This document shows positions 42,517-43,841 of a DNA stretch of 43,841 bases, piece by piece (positions within the stretch are counted from its first letter, which is position 1; each line of letters begins with the position of its first letter). Below the pieces are notes generated by a model. It saw nothing but the letters and a program-made list of their open reading frames with translations. It was not told the origin of the DNA and did not search any database. The stretch covers positions 1 through 43,841 of the forward strand of contig JAUXDO010000001.1 of assembly GCA_030618315.1 (NCBI GenBank), written 5' to 3'. Both the position numbers and the translations under genes were made by a program. Origin of the DNA: Candidatus Peregrinibacteria bacterium. GTDB lineage: Bacteria > Patescibacteriota > Gracilibacteria > UM-FILTER-43-11.

Positions 42517-42585
42517 CTACATATTTTTTTTCTACATGATAAAATACTTTCGCAATAATTATGAATTATCAATTACAAATTACGA

Positions 42586-43841
42586 ATGAAAATAAATCAA
42601 AAAATCTTCCGTGCATATGACATCAGAGGCACCTATCCCGACCAGCTTAATGCGGAGAGTGCTGAGTTGATTGGGAAGGGGTTTGGGACCTATTTATATA
42701 GGAAATTCAAAACTCAAAATTCAAAACTCAAAGTGGTTGTGGGGATGGATTGCCGTACTCATTCTCTTGAGCTTCATAAGGCTTTTGTAAATGGACTACT
42801 ATCAACTGGATGCGATGTGACAAATATTGACAAATGCCCGTCTCCTTATCTCTATTTTGTGAATACTGAGGGTAAATTTGATGGAGGTTGTGTAATTACT
42901 GCCAGTCATAATCCTAAGGAATATAATGGGTTTAAGTTGATAACTCATAATGCGCATGCGGTTTTTGGTGATGAATTGCAGAAGGTCTATCAGATTATTG
43001 AGAAAGGTGAATTTGCGACTGGAAATGGGAAAATGATCAGTGCTGATTATTATGATTTTTATCTACAAAAGATTAAAAGTATCTTCACTTTCTCTCGTCC
43101 TCTAAAATTAGTTATTGATACTGGTAACGGTATTGCCGGTATTATGTATCCCAAAATCCTAAAGGAGTTGGGGCATGATGTCGTCGAATTATATACGGAA
43201 TGTGACGGTACTTTTCCAAATCATGAAGCTGATCCGATCGTTGAGGAAAATGTAGAGGATTTGAAGAAAATGGTCGTAGATGAAAATGCGGATCTTGGCA
43301 TTGCATTTGATGGCGATGGTGACAGATGCGGTGTTATTACGGAAAAAGGTGAGTTTGTTAATGCTGACAAATTGTTAATGCTTCTCACTAAAGATGTTTT
43401 AAGCAGACATCCTGATAAATCAGTTGTATTCACTGTTTCTAACTCTCAATCCCTATTCGATCTTGTGAAGGAGTGGGGCGGAAAACCTGTGATGTGTGAG
43501 GTGGGTCATTCTTATGTTGAGGATGCTATGACTGCGCATGATGCCATTTTAGGAGGTGAACAGTCAGGTCATTTCTTTTTGCCCGAGGATTATTACAAAT
43601 ATGACGACGCATTAATCACGTCATGTCGTGTTCTCAAAATACTGGCTGATTCAGATAAAACTATTTCAGAGCTATTTGAGCAATTTCCTAAAACATATGA
43701 TCAGCCGGAGATGAGACCGTTTTGCCCTGATGAAAAAAAGTTTGAAATACTGGAACAGGTCAAAAAATACTTTAAAGACAAATATCCAAATACAACTATC
43801 GACGGAATACGTATGGATTTTGGGAATGGCGGTTGGGCTGG
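42586..43841 (+). CDS. Phosphomannomutase/phosphoglucomutase-family protein (3' end outside window)
   Basis: MKINQKIFRAYDIRG..., the active-site loop TASHNPKEYNGFK and the metal loop FDGDGDR. The frame is open to the window end. Confidence 0.9.
   Translation, partial: MKINQKIFRAYDIRGTYPDQLNAESAELIGKGFGTYLYRKFKTQNSKLKVVVGMDCRTHSLELHKAFVNGLLSTGCDVTNIDKCPSPYLYFVNTEGKFDGGCVITASHNPKEYNGFKLITHNAHAVFGDELQKVYQIIEKGEFATGNGKMISADYYDFYLQKIKSIFTFSRPLKLVIDTGNGIAGIMYPKILKELGHDVVELYTECDGTFPNHEADPIVEENVEDLKKMVVDENADLGIAFDGDGDRCGVITEKGEFVNADKLLMLLTKDVLSRHPDKSVVFTVSNSQSLFDLVKEWGGKPVMCEVGHSYVEDAMTAHDAILGGEQSGHFFLPEDYYKYDDALITSCRVLKILADSDKTISELFEQFPKTYDQPEMRPFCPDEKKFEILEQVKKYFKDKYPNTTIDGIRMDFGNGGWA
42705..42733. 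repeat. 'caaaact' heptamer repeat embedded in frame in the mutase gene
   Basis: 42708-42732 caaaactcaaaattcaaaactcaaa is the exact reverse complement of 25096-25120. It encodes KTQNSKLK. Confidence 0.85.

Noticed and set aside
1-43841. Alternative genetic code (UGA recoding, as in some candidate phyla)
   Set aside because: TGA terminates hrcA and secA exactly at their conserved C-termini. The long ORFs contain no in-frame TGA, so the standard bacterial code fits.

Overview
Low-GC, gene-dense bacterial window of mostly housekeeping genes. The gene content and style (small genes, a DUF5679-like zinc ribbon, sporadic Shine-Dalgarno use) suggest a Patescibacteria/CPR-type genome, but that is inference only. 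Recognisable genes are: sortase fragment, ftsA, a CYTH protein, purA, maf, an S41 protease, glyA, 5-formyl-THF cyclo-ligase, dnaX, a DsbA-like protein, der, rpsU, ybaB, mltG, a FecR-domain surface protein, secA, a P-type ATPase, hrcA, ruvC, a TPR protein, dut, rplA, rplK, nusG, secE, a TIGR00725/LOG-like protein, a class B PBP, tRNA-Gly(UCC), a K+ channel, a fused double Ddl and a phosphohexomutase. I found no CRISPR array, transposase, integrase, prophage or recognisable defence system. The unusual content is non-coding. (1) Most intergenic gaps hold long palindromes whose arms are tandem 7-nt or 12-nt units. Several form multi-copy families, and some arms run in frame into coding sequence: the RuvC tail, an internal segment of the mutase, and the Ddl-Ddl linker and N-terminus. 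(2) GC-rich REP/BIME-like palindromes carry GTAG/GTGG heads. (3) The tRNA-Gly locus is flanked by two partial tRNA copies whose anticodon arm is replaced by a 15-nt palindrome that also occurs elsewhere in the window. (4) A roughly 220-nt GC-rich candidate structured RNA upstream of hrcA has its own promoter and terminator. All functional calls come from reading the translations and sequence by eye. No database search was run.
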